A stretch of DNA of 41,359 bases, from assembly GCF_001194135.2 (NCBI RefSeq), contig NC_068985.1, positions 118,961,503 through 119,002,861 on the forward strand. Reading direction: 5' to 3'. This document shows positions 1-11,371 of the stretch, in pieces. A program made the translations under genes and the position numbers. How positions within the stretch are numbered: the first letter of the stretch is position 1; every line of letters begins with the position of its first letter. The notes under the pieces are model-generated. The model saw only the letters and a list, made by a program, of their open reading frames with translations. It had not been told where the DNA came from and searched no databases. Source of the stretch: Octopus bimaculoides. Taxonomy: Eukaryota.

Positions 1-180
1 TATGCTTAATCATTTGTTTGGTACTGCTGTTCTAGAGATATTCATCATCATCAACATCCCCGCCCCCATCATCATAATTTAATGTCCACTTTTCCATGCT
101 GGCATGGCTTGGACAGTGTTTACTCGGGGCAGATTTTCTACAGCTTGATGTCCTTTCTGTTACCAACTCTAAACTGTTTC

Positions 181-410
181 TTATTTCTTTATTGCCCACA
201 AGGGGCTAAACATAGAGGGGACAAACAAGGACAGACAAAGGGATTAAATCGATTACATCGACCCCAGAGCGTAACTGGTACTTAATTTATTGACCCCGAA
301 AGGATGAAAAGCAAAGTCGACCTTGGCGGAATTTGAACTTAGAAGTAACGGCAGACTAAATACCGTTAAGCATTTCACCTGGCATGCTAACGTTTCTGCC
401 AGTTCTAACC
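181..410 (-). mobile_element. tRNA-derived SINE family A, near full length
   Basis: Minus strand has an A-box-like CTGGCAGAAACG, B-box-like AGTTCAAATTCC, body GTCGACTTTGCTTTTCATCCTTTCGGGGTCAATAAATTAAGTACC and an A-rich tail. Confidence 0.8.
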
Positions 411-439
411 TGTTTCTAAGCAAGGTAATATTGGTTTCT

Positions 440-664
440 ATTTTTGGCACAAGGCCAGCAATTTCAGGGGATGACATAAGTTGATTTCATCGACGACACT
501 CCCCTTCCACTCAGTAATCAACTAGTATTTATTTTCTTGATCCAGAAAGAATAAAAAGTAAAGTTGACCTTGGTGGAATTTGAACTCAGAACATTAGAAA
601 AGGACAAAACACGTCTAAGTAATTTGCCTGGTGTCCTTAACGATTCTTGCCACCTCACTGCCTT
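440..664 (-). mobile_element. SINE family A, older copy with variant tail (GGCACAAGGCCAGCAATTTC)
   Basis: AAAGTTGACCTTGGTGGAATTTGAACTCAGAA core shared with the other copies. Confidence 0.7.
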
Positions 665-870
665 TCAAAGCAAGGAAATATTAAGGTAATATTTCTTCAT
701 GGCTAGTCATGTTTTCTGCAGAAGACTGACACTGAATGACAGTTTGTATGACAGTGTCATTCATTTATGACTATCATGCAATCATATATGACAAATAAGG
801 CACAAACATGCTCACATTTATGTACATATGTATATGTCCATAAATATATATATATTCATACATTCACACA

Positions 871-1158
871 GATAGTGCCACACCCTAACAGTTGAGGGAA
901 CCCGTGGAAGAGGTAGGCCCAGGAAGACCTGGGCTGAGGTGGTGAGGCAAGACCTTCATACATTGGGCCTCACCGAGGCGATGACTACGGACCGAGACCT
1001 TTGGAAATGGGCTGTGCGTGAGAAGACCCGGCAAGCCAAGTAAGATCGTTGCCAGTGCCCCTGGACTGGTTCTTGTGCGGGTGGCACATGAGATGCACCA
1101 TTTTGAGCGTGGCCGTTGCCAGTACCGCCTGACTGGCTCCTGTAGGATTTTCGAGCGA
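871..1158 (+). mobile_element. 5'-truncated RTE-clade LINE: ORF2 C-terminus and 3' UTR, running into a gap
   Basis: 876-1043 translates CHTLTVEGTRGRGRPRKTWAEVVRQDLHTLGLTEAMTTDRDLWKWAVREKTRQAK*, a typical RTE terminus (GRPRKTW...DR..W). Confidence 0.85.
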
Positions 1159-1746
1159 NNNNNNNNNNNNNNNNNNNNNNNNNNNNNNNNNNNNNNNNNN
1201 NNNNNNNNNNNNNNNNNNNNNNNNNNNNNNNNNNNNNNNNNNNNNNNNNNNNNNNNNNNNNNNNNNNNNNNNNNNNNNNNNNNNNNNNNNNNNNNNNNNN
1301 NNNNNNNNNNNNNNNNNNNNNNNNNNNNNNNNNNNNNNNNNNNNNNNNNNNNNNNNNNNNNNNNNNNNNNNNNNNNNNNNNNNNNNNNNNNNNNNNNNNN
1401 NNNNNNNNNNNNNNNNNNNNNNNNNNNNNNNNNNNNNNNNNNNNNNNNNNNNNNNNNNNNNNNNNNNNNNNNNNNNNNNNNNNNNNNNNNNNNNNNNNNN
1501 NNNNNNNNNNNNNNNNNNNNNNNNNNNNNNNNNNNNNNNNNNNNNNNNNNNNNNNNNNNNNNNNNNNNNNNNNNNNNNNNNNNNNNNNNNNNNNNNNNNN
1601 NNNNNNNNNNNNNNNNNNNNNNNNNNNNNNNNNNNNNNNNNNNNNNNNNNNNNNNNNNNNNNNNNNNNNNNNNNNNNNNNNNNNNNNNNNNNNNNNNNNN
1701 NNNNNNNNNNNNNNNNNNNNNNNNNNNNNNNNNNNNNNNNNNNNNN
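1159..1746. other. Assembly gap (N run); other gaps at 12915-13018, 14481-14888, 21728-21802, 33552-33561, 35212-35424 and 38804-39104
   Basis: N characters; most gaps abut microsatellites or repeats. Confidence 1.
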
Positions 1747-1794
<48 letters not shown>

Positions 1795-2414
1795 AGACAT
1801 TTTCTAGAGGATAGTTAATGAATGATATATGTTAGAGGAGAAAAAAAAAAATCAAACGTTATTAAAGCAGGTACATGACTAATCAAAAGAAAAATTACAT
1901 CATGGAAAAATAATTACATTAGATAATTGGATGTCAGGTTTCAAGAATAAGATGATACAACAACAAGAACTTGGTGTAAAGCTGGTGTTGATGACAATGA
2001 TATAAGAGATAAAAGGTGTTATAAATTAGATTCTTGTAGATGTGACAGATCCCCAAATCAAGCTTGATTGAGAAGCTTATCATCGAAGGCATTACAGCTA
2101 TGACCATCCCATTTATTTTTCTTGGCCATATGTACCTTGGACTACATTACCTAACATTCTCATTTTTTGAAGAGTGTAAGGTGTTGTATGAGGGCAATTT
2201 GGCTGTATTTTAGATACTCAAAGTCTCCCTTGAAGATGTTGATTAATTTCCATTTCCTAAGCGAGTGGCTCCCTCATTCATTTTGTCATAGAACCTTTGT
2301 ATGGCGTTTCAAATATTATGGAAGCAGGGTCAATATTTTATGGACAACCCCTACAACTCTAATTTCACTAAGACATTAAAGAAACAAAGGCTGTTTTAGA
2401 TAGAGAATTTACTC

Positions 2415-2416
<2 letters not shown>

Positions 2417-2455
<39 letters not shown>

Positions 2456-2672
2456 GATTATTTGCCAACATAATGTGGCAGTCCCTGTTGGGACGAATGT
2501 TACTATTGTTTAGTCCCAGGAAACAGGAAAGATTTTGTATAACCAGATGCATCCCTTGTTTCCAAGTTAGATAATACTTTCCCTTTTATGGACAACCCCT
2601 GCTGCTCTAATTTCAATAAGTTTGTTTGCAATTAGTGCATGATATCAAGACAAAAGGACTCACACACACACA

Positions 2673-2714
<42 letters not shown>

Positions 2715-2722
2715 CACACACA
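2417..2722. repeat. (GT)n at about 2420-2452 and (CA)n at about 2660-2722
   Basis: Direct reading. Confidence 0.95.
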
Positions 2723-2934
2723 AATATATACATCATGCCAGCATGGAAGGCAGACATTAACTGATGAGGAGGAGGAGAAGGAGAAGGAGGATGATATATA
2801 TATATATGTATATAATAACAACCTGAGGTTATAATGGAAGCTGTTAGGCCATGGTGTTGCACAGTGAGGTGAGCACATTATTTGTTCTTTTATAGAAATG
2901 AGTTACTAATATTAAATTTTATTAAGAGATACTT

Positions 2935-3300
2935 TATTGGGAAGAACCTCAGGAGATTTTCACTAAATCCACCTTATGAAATAATGACCCATGTGACTGA
3001 AAAGTGAATAAATGTGCCCTGAAAGCATGTTAACTAGAGTAAGAAAGCGGTGGAAAAAGTTCAGAGCTATTGTTACAACTAACAACAAAGGTATTCTGTC
3101 TCTGAAGAGTTGATTGCATGATAAATGTGTATGAAGTGCAATGAAGCATAGTAGAGAAATGTGGGGACTAAATGCAGAGGACGGGTATAGTCGGAAAGAA
3201 ATGAAGCAAGTGTACTCTGGTGGATTTTATAATGTTGATCAATATAAAATGCAGAGCACAAATAATCTGAGAGAAGAACAGGATAAATGGGGAATCAGAC
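2935..3300 (+). mobile_element. Old RTE-clade LINE ORF2 fragment (post-RT region)
   Basis: One frame reads CPESMLTRVRKRWKKFRAIVTTNNKGILSLKS*LHDKCV*SAMKHSREMWGLNAED...NVDQYKMQSTNNLREEQDKWGIR, resembling RTE ARVRxxWKKFR...LYDACVRSAMLHGSETWxLxAED...QSxNxLREKLxIRGIR. Confidence 0.7.
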
Positions 3301-4243
3301 GTAATGTGCTTGTTTTCTCTTTTTTATTTTATTTTTTCATGTCCTTCAGATATAATGGCCGACTTATGACCCTTCTCAGGGTCTCTGAGACTGGTGGGTG
3401 GAAAAGAAGAAGTTATCCTCTGACAGGAGACTCGATCTGAATCCTCTCAGTCGTAGTTGATTCTGCTAAAGCTATCTTGGAAGGCAGGTGGTTGTCTTAA
3501 ATCGAACAACTGATTAAGTCTTGCTGTTTAGACCAAATTTATTTCCAAATAGTCCTGAGTGTTGACTAAAAGCCAACTTGCCAAGATGAAACACCTCTGC
3601 GTCCTCTCATCAAATAATAATAATAATAAATATATTTATAAAAATCATATTTACATTCAAATAGCAACTGGCAAGTCTCAGCTTATATTTGGTACTCCAC
3701 AGAAAACCTAATGCATTTTTAAAAACTGTCTTTATTCATATTCACAGTTGGATATTATTAAATGCACAAAACCTATTTTTATCATAAAACTAATCGCATT
3801 TTGTCTAAAACAGACTTGCCAGTTTTAGGTACTTAATTTACACAATGCATATACTGCTCATCGCCAGCTTAAAAGGGCTATAGACAAGGGAAAAAAAGAT
3901 AATGTTGTAGTTTACACTTTTTTTTTTATCTGCTTACGTCAGTTAAAAATCAAAAGGCAAGGAGAATCCATTATGCAAGATATTGGAATATTATGAATAA
4001 AAACTAATTATAAAATCAAAGATTATTAGAAGTTGGGGAATGAAAAAGAAAAAAACAATATATAGAAATTAGTTTATGATCTATTATAGTTAAAAACCAA
4101 TTAAAACATATGAAAGATAAAAATTTGTTGCCTATCTTGTGAATATATTTGTAGATGCGTATATGTGTAAGTATATACATATAAGTTTGTCTGTCTGTCT
4201 GTCTGTTTGTCTATCTGTCTGTCTGTCTGTCTGTCTACCTACC

Positions 4244-4354
4244 TATATATTATCAAGCTTGATACAATGCGTGTGTGTAAATAGATAGATTAACTAACTA
4301 TCTCTCTACACACCCGCTCACAAACATAAATTGTATCAAGCTTGATAATATATA
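4244..4354. repeat. 25-bp perfect inverted repeat, each arm containing the 14-bp palindrome TATCAAGCTTGATA
   Basis: TATATATTATCAAGCTTGATACAAT (4244-4268) and ATTGTATCAAGCTTGATAATATATA (4330-4354), with a 61-bp spacer. Confidence 0.85.
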
Positions 4355-4724
4355 TATAATATAAAAAAACAATAAAAATATGTGGTACTTGATACATAGA
4401 TACAGGGTAATGTATTGCTATCTATTTATAAAGCAAAAAGAGTGAACATGCATAAATCATTATACAAGACATTAAGATAATAGAACAACATAGAACAAAT
4501 ATAAGAGATATTATGATAAGCACAAGTTTATATAATTTTTTCCTATGTACGTTTCAACATTGTGGTTGTTTGAAACTCTGCATTGGATGTTTCAAGTGCT
4601 AATGTCTAGACATTAGATCTCTGTATCTTAATGCAATAATGTGTCTTCTCCGATGAGCGGTTAGGCAGCCAATTGCACTTGGTTCAACTAATGCAGAGAT
4701 CCAAACAACCAGAAATCAACATCA

Positions 4725-5300
4725 TTTAATGTCTGCTTTCCATGTTGGCATGAGTTGAATGGTTTGAATGGAGCTGGCTAGCAAAGCTGTCCAGACTCCA
4801 ATTGTCTGTTGAGGCATGGTTTCTACAGCTAAATGCCCTTCCTAATGCCAACCACTTAACAGAGTATACTAGATGCTTTTTATATACCACCGGCATAGGT
4901 TTGTTTACACAGCACCAACATGGATGCATTAGAGCAGCACTGACACAGGTGTGTTTTAAGTGGCACTGGCACCTGAACGGACAAGCCTGTATGTGTGGAA
5001 GACAGCAATTTTACTTAGCTTGCCACATCAAGTATGGTAAATTGCCACATCTCCTGGTTCCTTGACATTTTGTCAGTGAGGCCCAGTGTACAAAGATCCT
5101 TTCTCACCACTTTGTCCTGGATCTACCCCTTCCACAGGTACCCTCCACAATTAGAGCTTGACACTTTTTTTATGCTGCTGCTCTCATCCATACTCATCAC
5201 ATAACCAAACCAGTGCAGTCTTCTCCCTTGCACACAAAATCTGATGCCTCTTATATCAAATTTCTTTCTTAAATCATTTACACTCTGTTGTGCTGTGTAA
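4725..5300 (-). mobile_element. 5'-truncated RTE-clade LINE (ORF2 end and 3' UTR)
   Basis: Minus strand reads QSVNDLRKKFDIRGIRFCVQGRRLHWFGYVMSMDE...IVEGTCGRGR; the 3' UTR carries the family GGAAGGGCATxxAGCTGTAGAAAC motif. Confidence 0.8.
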
Positions 5301-5370
5301 CAAAATTTTTATATGTTTTTGTCTTTAGCCAGTAAGTGTTATTTCTTATATACTTCCATCTTGAAATCAA

Positions 5371-5710
5371 AGGAAACGACTACCATTCCCTTCAAACTTT
5401 GCTTTTGTAACCTGGACATCAATGTTTTGTAACTGATCTATTTTCCATTAAATTTCAGACCGATTCAGCACTGTGTTGCTGAAGCAGAAATATCATGAAA
5501 GCAAATATTCTGCTCAATACCAACATATTTGCTTGCCAGTTGCTTGATTTTAACCACTTGAGCATGTCCCTTAATAGCTGACAATATGTGTATCTTTGAT
5601 CATGAACAGGAGTAGTGGAGGAGCATCAGAACCATGTTTTGAGAGGGATTCCTTGGAGTTTGAATAAATGTAACAAAAAACAAAGTTTGAAGGGAATATT
5701 AGCCATTTTT
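5371..5710. mobile_element. MITE-like element with 17-bp perfect inverted repeats
   Basis: ATTCCCTTCAAACTTTG (5385-5401) and CAAAGTTTGAAGGGAAT (5681-5697), with imperfect extension outward. Confidence 0.55.
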
Positions 5711-6107
5711 CATACTTTCTATGGACAAACAAACAGGAAATGACAGTTTCTAACCAAGGACAAAAATCGTGTTATACAGTGTAATATATATCTATGTATA
5801 CATATTAGAGAGAAATAAATATAGATATACTTGTTAATTAATAGATGCATGTATAGGGTTTTATTCTTCATATGTTTGTTCAACATCCATTTTTTCCATG
5901 CAGGCATGTGTTAGGCAGGAACTTATTCAAGGCAGGATTTTATAGCCGGATACTCTTTCTGTCATCAACACTTACATGTTTTTCAAATAAAGGTTTGTTT
6001 TCTTTTTATTTCAAATCTTTGAAAGCATAAAAGAATGTCAGCATTACCATTTCACTCAAGCAGTGACAAACATAGCATATCAATATTTATGTAGATTTGT
6101 ACACACT

Positions 6108-6110
<3 letters not shown>

Positions 6111-6160
<50 letters not shown>

Positions 6161-6169
6161 ACACACACA
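6111..6169. repeat. (CA)n microsatellite
   Basis: Direct reading. Confidence 0.95.
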
Positions 6170-6185
6170 TTATTAATAATAATAA

Positions 6186-6712
6186 TAAGCTCTCATGGCC
6201 TTTGATCTTAAATGATTGGAAGTGTTACCATGTACATTGTTTTGTCTTGGTATAAAAGATGGGCTACAGCAAATATTCTGCTCAATAACACAGATTTGTT
6301 TGTCAGCTGCTTGACCTTAACCAGTTGAGCATGTCCCTTAGTTGCTGACAATATGTGCATCTCTGATCATGAGCAGAAGTAGTGGGGGAGCATCATAGCC
6401 ATGTATTGAGAGGAATTCTTCGGTGTTTGAATAATTCACCTCTGGAAACATGAGTGTTCTGTTCATCATCCTTAAGCAAAACTTATTCAGGGACCTTTTG
6501 AGCGGGATGGGCTACTCGACCTGATGAAAATTCTAACTGAGCCCCACCGCTGTTTATCTTGACATGAGATCATCATGTTGTGCACACATGGTTGTGATGC
6601 ATGTGCCTAGTGTACCCTTATCAAATGGGGAGTCATGATGGGTATATTGTACTTTGTATATTTGTACCCCAGTGTCAGTTTGATGGCATGTGCTGCTCTC
6701 TCACCAAATAAC
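6186..6712. repeat. Unclassified interspersed repeat flanked by (AAT)n on both sides; shares a 168-bp module with the MITE at 5371-5710
   Basis: 6268-6435 aligns by eye with 5500-5667; bounded by TAATAATAATAATAA (about 6173-6187) and AAATAACAATAAT (about 6706-6718). Confidence 0.5.
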
Positions 6713-6721
6713 AATAATCCT

Positions 6722-7735
6722 TTCTTCTATAGGCACAAGGCCTGAATTTTTGTGAGGCGGGGGCAATTGGTCGCATTGACCCCAGTACTTGACTGATGTT
6801 TAATTTATTGACCCTGAAAGGCAAAGCCAGCCTCAGTGGAATTTGAACTCAGAATGTAAGGATGGATGAAATGCTGCTAAGCATTTTGCCTGGTCTCCTA
6901 ATGATTCTGCCAGCTCACCGCCTTTGATACAAGGCCAGCAATTTCAGGGGATGGGGCAAGTTGGTACTTATTTTATTGACTTTGAAAGGACAAGAGGCAA
7001 AGTTGCTCTCGGCAGAATTTGAACTCAGAATGTAGAAACCATGGAAATGTTGTTAAGCACTTTGGCCAGTATGCTAATGATTCTGCCAGCTCAATGCCTT
7101 AAACATAATAATATTAATGATTTCTAATCTAGACACAGGGCCAGAAATTGGAAGTGTTGATACCCTTAATCCAAGTAATTGACTGGAACTTTATTTTATG
7201 AACCCCAAAAGGATGAAAAGCGAAGTCGACCTCAATGGGATTTGAACTTAGAATGTAAAGAGCATTTTTCTAGCACTCTAACAATTCTGCCAGCTCACTG
7301 CCTTAATAACAACAAGAACAACAACAATGATAATAACTGTTTCATGTTTTGGCATTAAGCCAGTAATTTAAGGAGGAGGAGTCCTTTACTGGTACTTTAT
7401 TTCATCAATCCTGAAAGGATCGAAGGCTAAGTTTACCTTGTCAGAATTCAAACCCAGAACGTGAAGAGATGGAAGAAATGTTGCTAAGCATTTTGTCTGA
7501 TGTGTAAATGCTTCTGCCAGCCTCCTGCCTTGACAGTGATGGCAGCGACAGTGATGACGACAACAACAACAACAACAATGAAGATTTCAAATTTTGGCAG
7601 AATGCTAGCAATTTTAGAGGATGGGGTAAATCAATCACACGAACCTCAGTACATGGCTGGTACTTATTTTACTGACCCTAAAAGGACAAATTGTACTGAA
7701 GTTGACTTTAGCAGAATTTGGTCTCAGAACATAGC
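6722..7735 (-). mobile_element. Head-to-tail chain of five SINE family A copies (about 6722-6923, 6924-7100, 7120-7303, 7335-7531, 7585-7735)
   Basis: Recurrent GxAATTTGAACTCAGAA (B-box, reverse strand) and ATTCTGCCAGCTCACxGCCTT (A-box/head, reverse strand) about every 200 bp. Confidence 0.8.
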
Positions 7736-7974
7736 AGCAATAATCTTTCAATTGCATCAAATTGAATACATAATTGAAAAAAGAAAGAAGGAAGGAACCA
7801 TTAGGCTCTCATCATAATGTTCAATCAATCATTGTTTTGATTGGTTTCTGGCTCTAGGTGTTAGTAAGCAAATTACATTTGGAAAGGTAAAATTAGTCTT
7901 AACAAGTGTTAACGTTTTCATTTCTTAGTCTCTTTGCAATCTTATTAACTGTGACAAATTCACTTATTGAGAAC

Positions 7975-8300
7975 ACAGTATATACGTATGTACATGTGTT
8001 TGTGTGAGTGAACATGTTTGTGTCTCCTTGTCTTGACATCACATGATGGTTGTAAATGATTGTCACTGTCATGTAAGCAGTGTCATTCATTTCCAATATT
8101 CTCTGAAAACATGTCTGGCCATGGGGAAATATTACCTTGCTTGGAAACAGGGGAGGGTTGGTGACATGAAAGGCATATGGCTGTAGAAAATCTGTCTCAA
8201 TAAACTTGGTCAGACATGTACAAGTATGGAAAAGTGGGCCCTTAAAATGATGACGAAGACAATGATGATGATAATAACGATGATGATGATAATGACGATG
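7975..8300 (+). mobile_element. SINE-like element ending in an RTE-type tail and (GAT)n; related fragments at 665-820 (-) and 13045-13300 (+)
   Basis: Tail GAAAGGCATATGGCTGTAGAAAATCTGTCTCAA..GGAAAAGTGG..ATGATGA shared with 13215-13290; the body is reverse-complementary to 665-820. Confidence 0.55.
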
Positions 8301-8307
8301 ATGATAT

Positions 8308-8690
8308 ATCATCATCATCATCATCATTTCATGTCCATTTTCCATGCCGGCATGGGTTGGATGGTTCAACAGGAGCTGGTAGGGCTGGGAGCCTCAGCAG
8401 GCTCCATTGGCTGTTTTGACATGGTTTCTACAGCTGGATGCCTTCTCTAATGCCAATCACTTTATAGAGTGTATTGGGAGCTTTCTACGTGGCACCAGCC
8501 CCAGTGCTTTTTACATGGTACCAGCATGATCAATGTCATCAAGTGACCTGCAAGACAAAAAACCCCTCAACTGGGAGTGGGAAGGTGGTATTGAATGGTG
8601 GTGGCTTTGTGCAAGTTGATGAGAGATTAAAGATATAAAGGGACAGGAATAGATGTCTTGCTGTAGAGTAGATATATGGATAACCTAGTT
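8308..8690 (-). mobile_element. RTE-type tail element, (GAT)n-tailed
   Basis: Same TCCATGCxGGCATGGGTTGGA..CTACAGCTGGATGCC..CTAATGCCAAxCAC motif set as 11499-12110. Confidence 0.65.
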
Positions 8691-8777
8691 GGAAAAGAAA
8701 GGTGGATGAGTTAGAGAGTAAGACAAAGAGAGTGGATGAGTCATGGAGTAAAACATTCTGAATATATTAGTTTCAGA

Positions 8778-8986
8778 TTTTGGTGCAAGGCCATCAATTT
8801 CGAGGGACTGTGTAAGTTGATTACATCAACCCTAGTGCTCAACTAGTACTTATTTTATCAACCTCTAAAGGATGAAAAATAAAGTCAACCTTGGCTCAGA
8901 ATTTGAACTCAGAGCATGAAGACAGACGAAATGCTGCTAAGCATTTTTGTCTGGTGTGCTAATGACTCTGCCAGCTCACTGCCTTA
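8778..8986 (-). mobile_element. SINE family A copy
   Basis: GGATGAAAAATAAAGTCAACCTTGGCTCAGAATTTGAACTCAG..CTCTGCCAGCTCACTGCCTT. Confidence 0.75.
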
Positions 8987-9419
8987 ATCTAGTTTGAATG
9001 AAGAGTAGTTCATTATGAGTAATCAAAGTAGCCTCGACACACTTGATTGAGCTCCCTATCAGAAATAGCAGCTGGGTGTCCATCAAACCACACCCAACTA
9101 TATATATACATACATATATATATATATATATAAAGGAAGAATATATTGGAATGAATGTAGTCCTAGATATACTGTATAAAGGAGATTTGGCTGCTATTTC
9201 GAGCAGACTGAGGGGCTATATAAAGTTTCCCTTGCTGACTTGATCCTTATTATTTCTGTGATTTTATGTGATTGTGAATGTACTAATGTTTCTGTGTGTT
9301 TGGTTAATGACTGATGATTGTTGATATTGACTGGGATGCAGGCTTAAAAACAAAATTAAAAAAAAAACAGTATGCATCTTAATGGTAAATGTACCTAAAT
9401 ACACATGCATAAACAAAGA

Positions 9420-9439
9420 CAGGCACACACAGGCACACA

Positions 9440-9485
<46 letters not shown>

Positions 9486-9553
9486 TTGTAATAGTCAGAT
9501 TTTTTTAATGTAAAACAACTTAAAATGCTGTCTTATTTGTGGGACTCCTGGTA

Positions 9554-9602
<49 letters not shown>

Positions 9603-9621
9603 GTGTGTGTGCATGTGTGTG
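9420..9621. repeat. (CA)n at about 9420-9483 and (GT)n at about 9557-9621
   Basis: Direct reading. Confidence 0.95.
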
Positions 9622-10589
9622 TCTTTTATCTCAGATTTTTAGAAGAGAGGAAATGATATCATTGCATGTTCACATCCTTCCTATGGATATTAATTAGGTA
9701 TTTAATGAGGAAAGTGCAGTAGCTTCAAACCAGGAATTGAAATTATGTTGCAGGCTTAGCTCAGTAATATGAATTTTGATTTATGTATTTTATTTATTTT
9801 TTAATTTTTATTTTTAATTCTGACACATTTCTCTACCCTTGAGCTAAATGAAATTGGATGAGTGGGCTGCAATGATGACACACTGGCAGAATGTTAGAAG
9901 GATGGAATAATGTGCTATTATTTTGTTACATATTGGAAAATGAAGAAATCCGGCTGTTAAGGCTTTTAAAGACAGTGGAACAGAGTCAATCCAGCCTTCT
10001 GCCAGTCACTGTATGAAGAGGGGGAAAAAAAAATTGTTGTGTGTGGGCAGTCTATTTCAGTTTGTTGCTATTTAGAAGAAAGAAAAAGAAAATTGTGAAA
10101 ATATAGTGCTTCCAGGTAAATTGAATGTAATGCAATGTTTGTAGCGATTATTTTATTTATAGCATGGTTTGTGCAGACAGTGGAATAGGGTTGTTTTTTG
10201 CAATACAGATGTAAAAAAAAAATTAAAAATTAAAATAAAAAAATAAAAAAAATAAAATGAAAATTAATAAATTTGTTCTGAGTTGCAGTAAATTGTAAAT
10301 GTCCCCAAAACCTCAAGGGTTTCATGAAATTTATTGTTTTAGGTTTATTTTACAATGGTAAATTGGCATGAGGTAAATCCTTTCACTAAATTCCCAAACT
10401 CCCACTTACAGAGTATGGAAGATAATAACATTTCGAGAAGATCTGGTTTTTATACTCAATGGGTAGACTGAGGTACAAACAAAATTAAGGGCCAGGTTAA
10501 AATGTCTTGTATTATTTAGCTAACCTCTTCCTTTTACATTCTGAATTAAAAACCTCTTGGACTTGACTTAACCATTTATCCCTCTTGAT

Positions 10590-11243
10590 TAGTGGTTCCC
10601 AACTGGGGTCCATGTGGCCCCTGAGGTTCCATATAAGATTTTGGGGAATCCACTCAACAAAATAGTAAATCGGGGATTCACGATAGTATTTCAAGGGCCC
10701 ATGAAAAGATTTTGCTTTAGAAGTCTGTATTGGTATGTATTGCAAGAAACAGTTAGGTTTCTTTCTCTAACATTTTACATAATTCAACCTACAAAAGTTA
10801 ATATGTAAAGAAAAAAACAAAATAGGAATTTTCAAAGAAGTTTCTACAAAACTAATTTTTAAACATTGAATAGCTATGGGGTTCCACCAGAGAAAAGTAG
10901 AAATGAAATGGGTCCATAGATAAAAAAAAAATGGTTGAGAACTCCTGATGTAAAGCTTTAGGAAGTCCACACAAGCAAAATAGTAAATTGGGAATCCACA
11001 AGAGTTCATCAAGAGTCTATGAAAAAATTTTTCCTTAGGTGATTTATTGCAAGAAACAATTAGGTTTCTTTCCCTAATGTTTTACATAGTTCAATCTACA
11101 CAAATTAATGTGTGAAAAACAAAATAGAAATTTTGAAAGAGGGTCTATAAAACTAGTTTTTAAACATCAAATGACTATGGAGATCCAACGGGATAAAAAA
11201 GTAATCAAAGGAATCCATAGATAAAAAATGATTGAGAACTCTG
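10590..11243. mobile_element. hAT-like MITE (10590-10947) followed by a partial tandem second copy (about 10955-11243)
   Basis: Termini TAGTGGTTCCCAAC and GGTTGAGAACTCCTG resemble CAGTGGTTCxCAAC-type hAT TIRs; the internal CAAAATAGTAAATxGGGxATxCAC..TTGCAAGAAACAxTTAGGTTTCTTTC..CCATAGATAAAAAA block occurs twice. Confidence 0.65.
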
Positions 11244-11371
11244 GCTCAAGATAGATAAAATGCTGTCCCTGTATTATACACTGCTCTGTGTAATATACAA
11301 CCATACATGATATGAAACAATGTATATTACACTGCTAGCTTTTATCTTTTATATTTTACTTGTTTTAATAA

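Noticed and set aside
985-1818. Long ORFs across N-runs (also 14433-14967, 35059-35517, 38648-39226)
   Set aside because: Artefacts of assembly gaps and (TA)n.
2336-2620. Direct repeat TTTTATGGACAACCCCT (2336 and 2584)
   Set aside because: Short local duplication around a (GT)n tract with no further structure.
2930-3200. Minus-strand peptide DRIPLLLVVTIALNFFHRFL resembling a Penelope RT/GIY-YIG linker
   Set aside because: The plus strand gives a longer, colinear RTE ORF2 match over the same bases; the Penelope-like words are probably chance.
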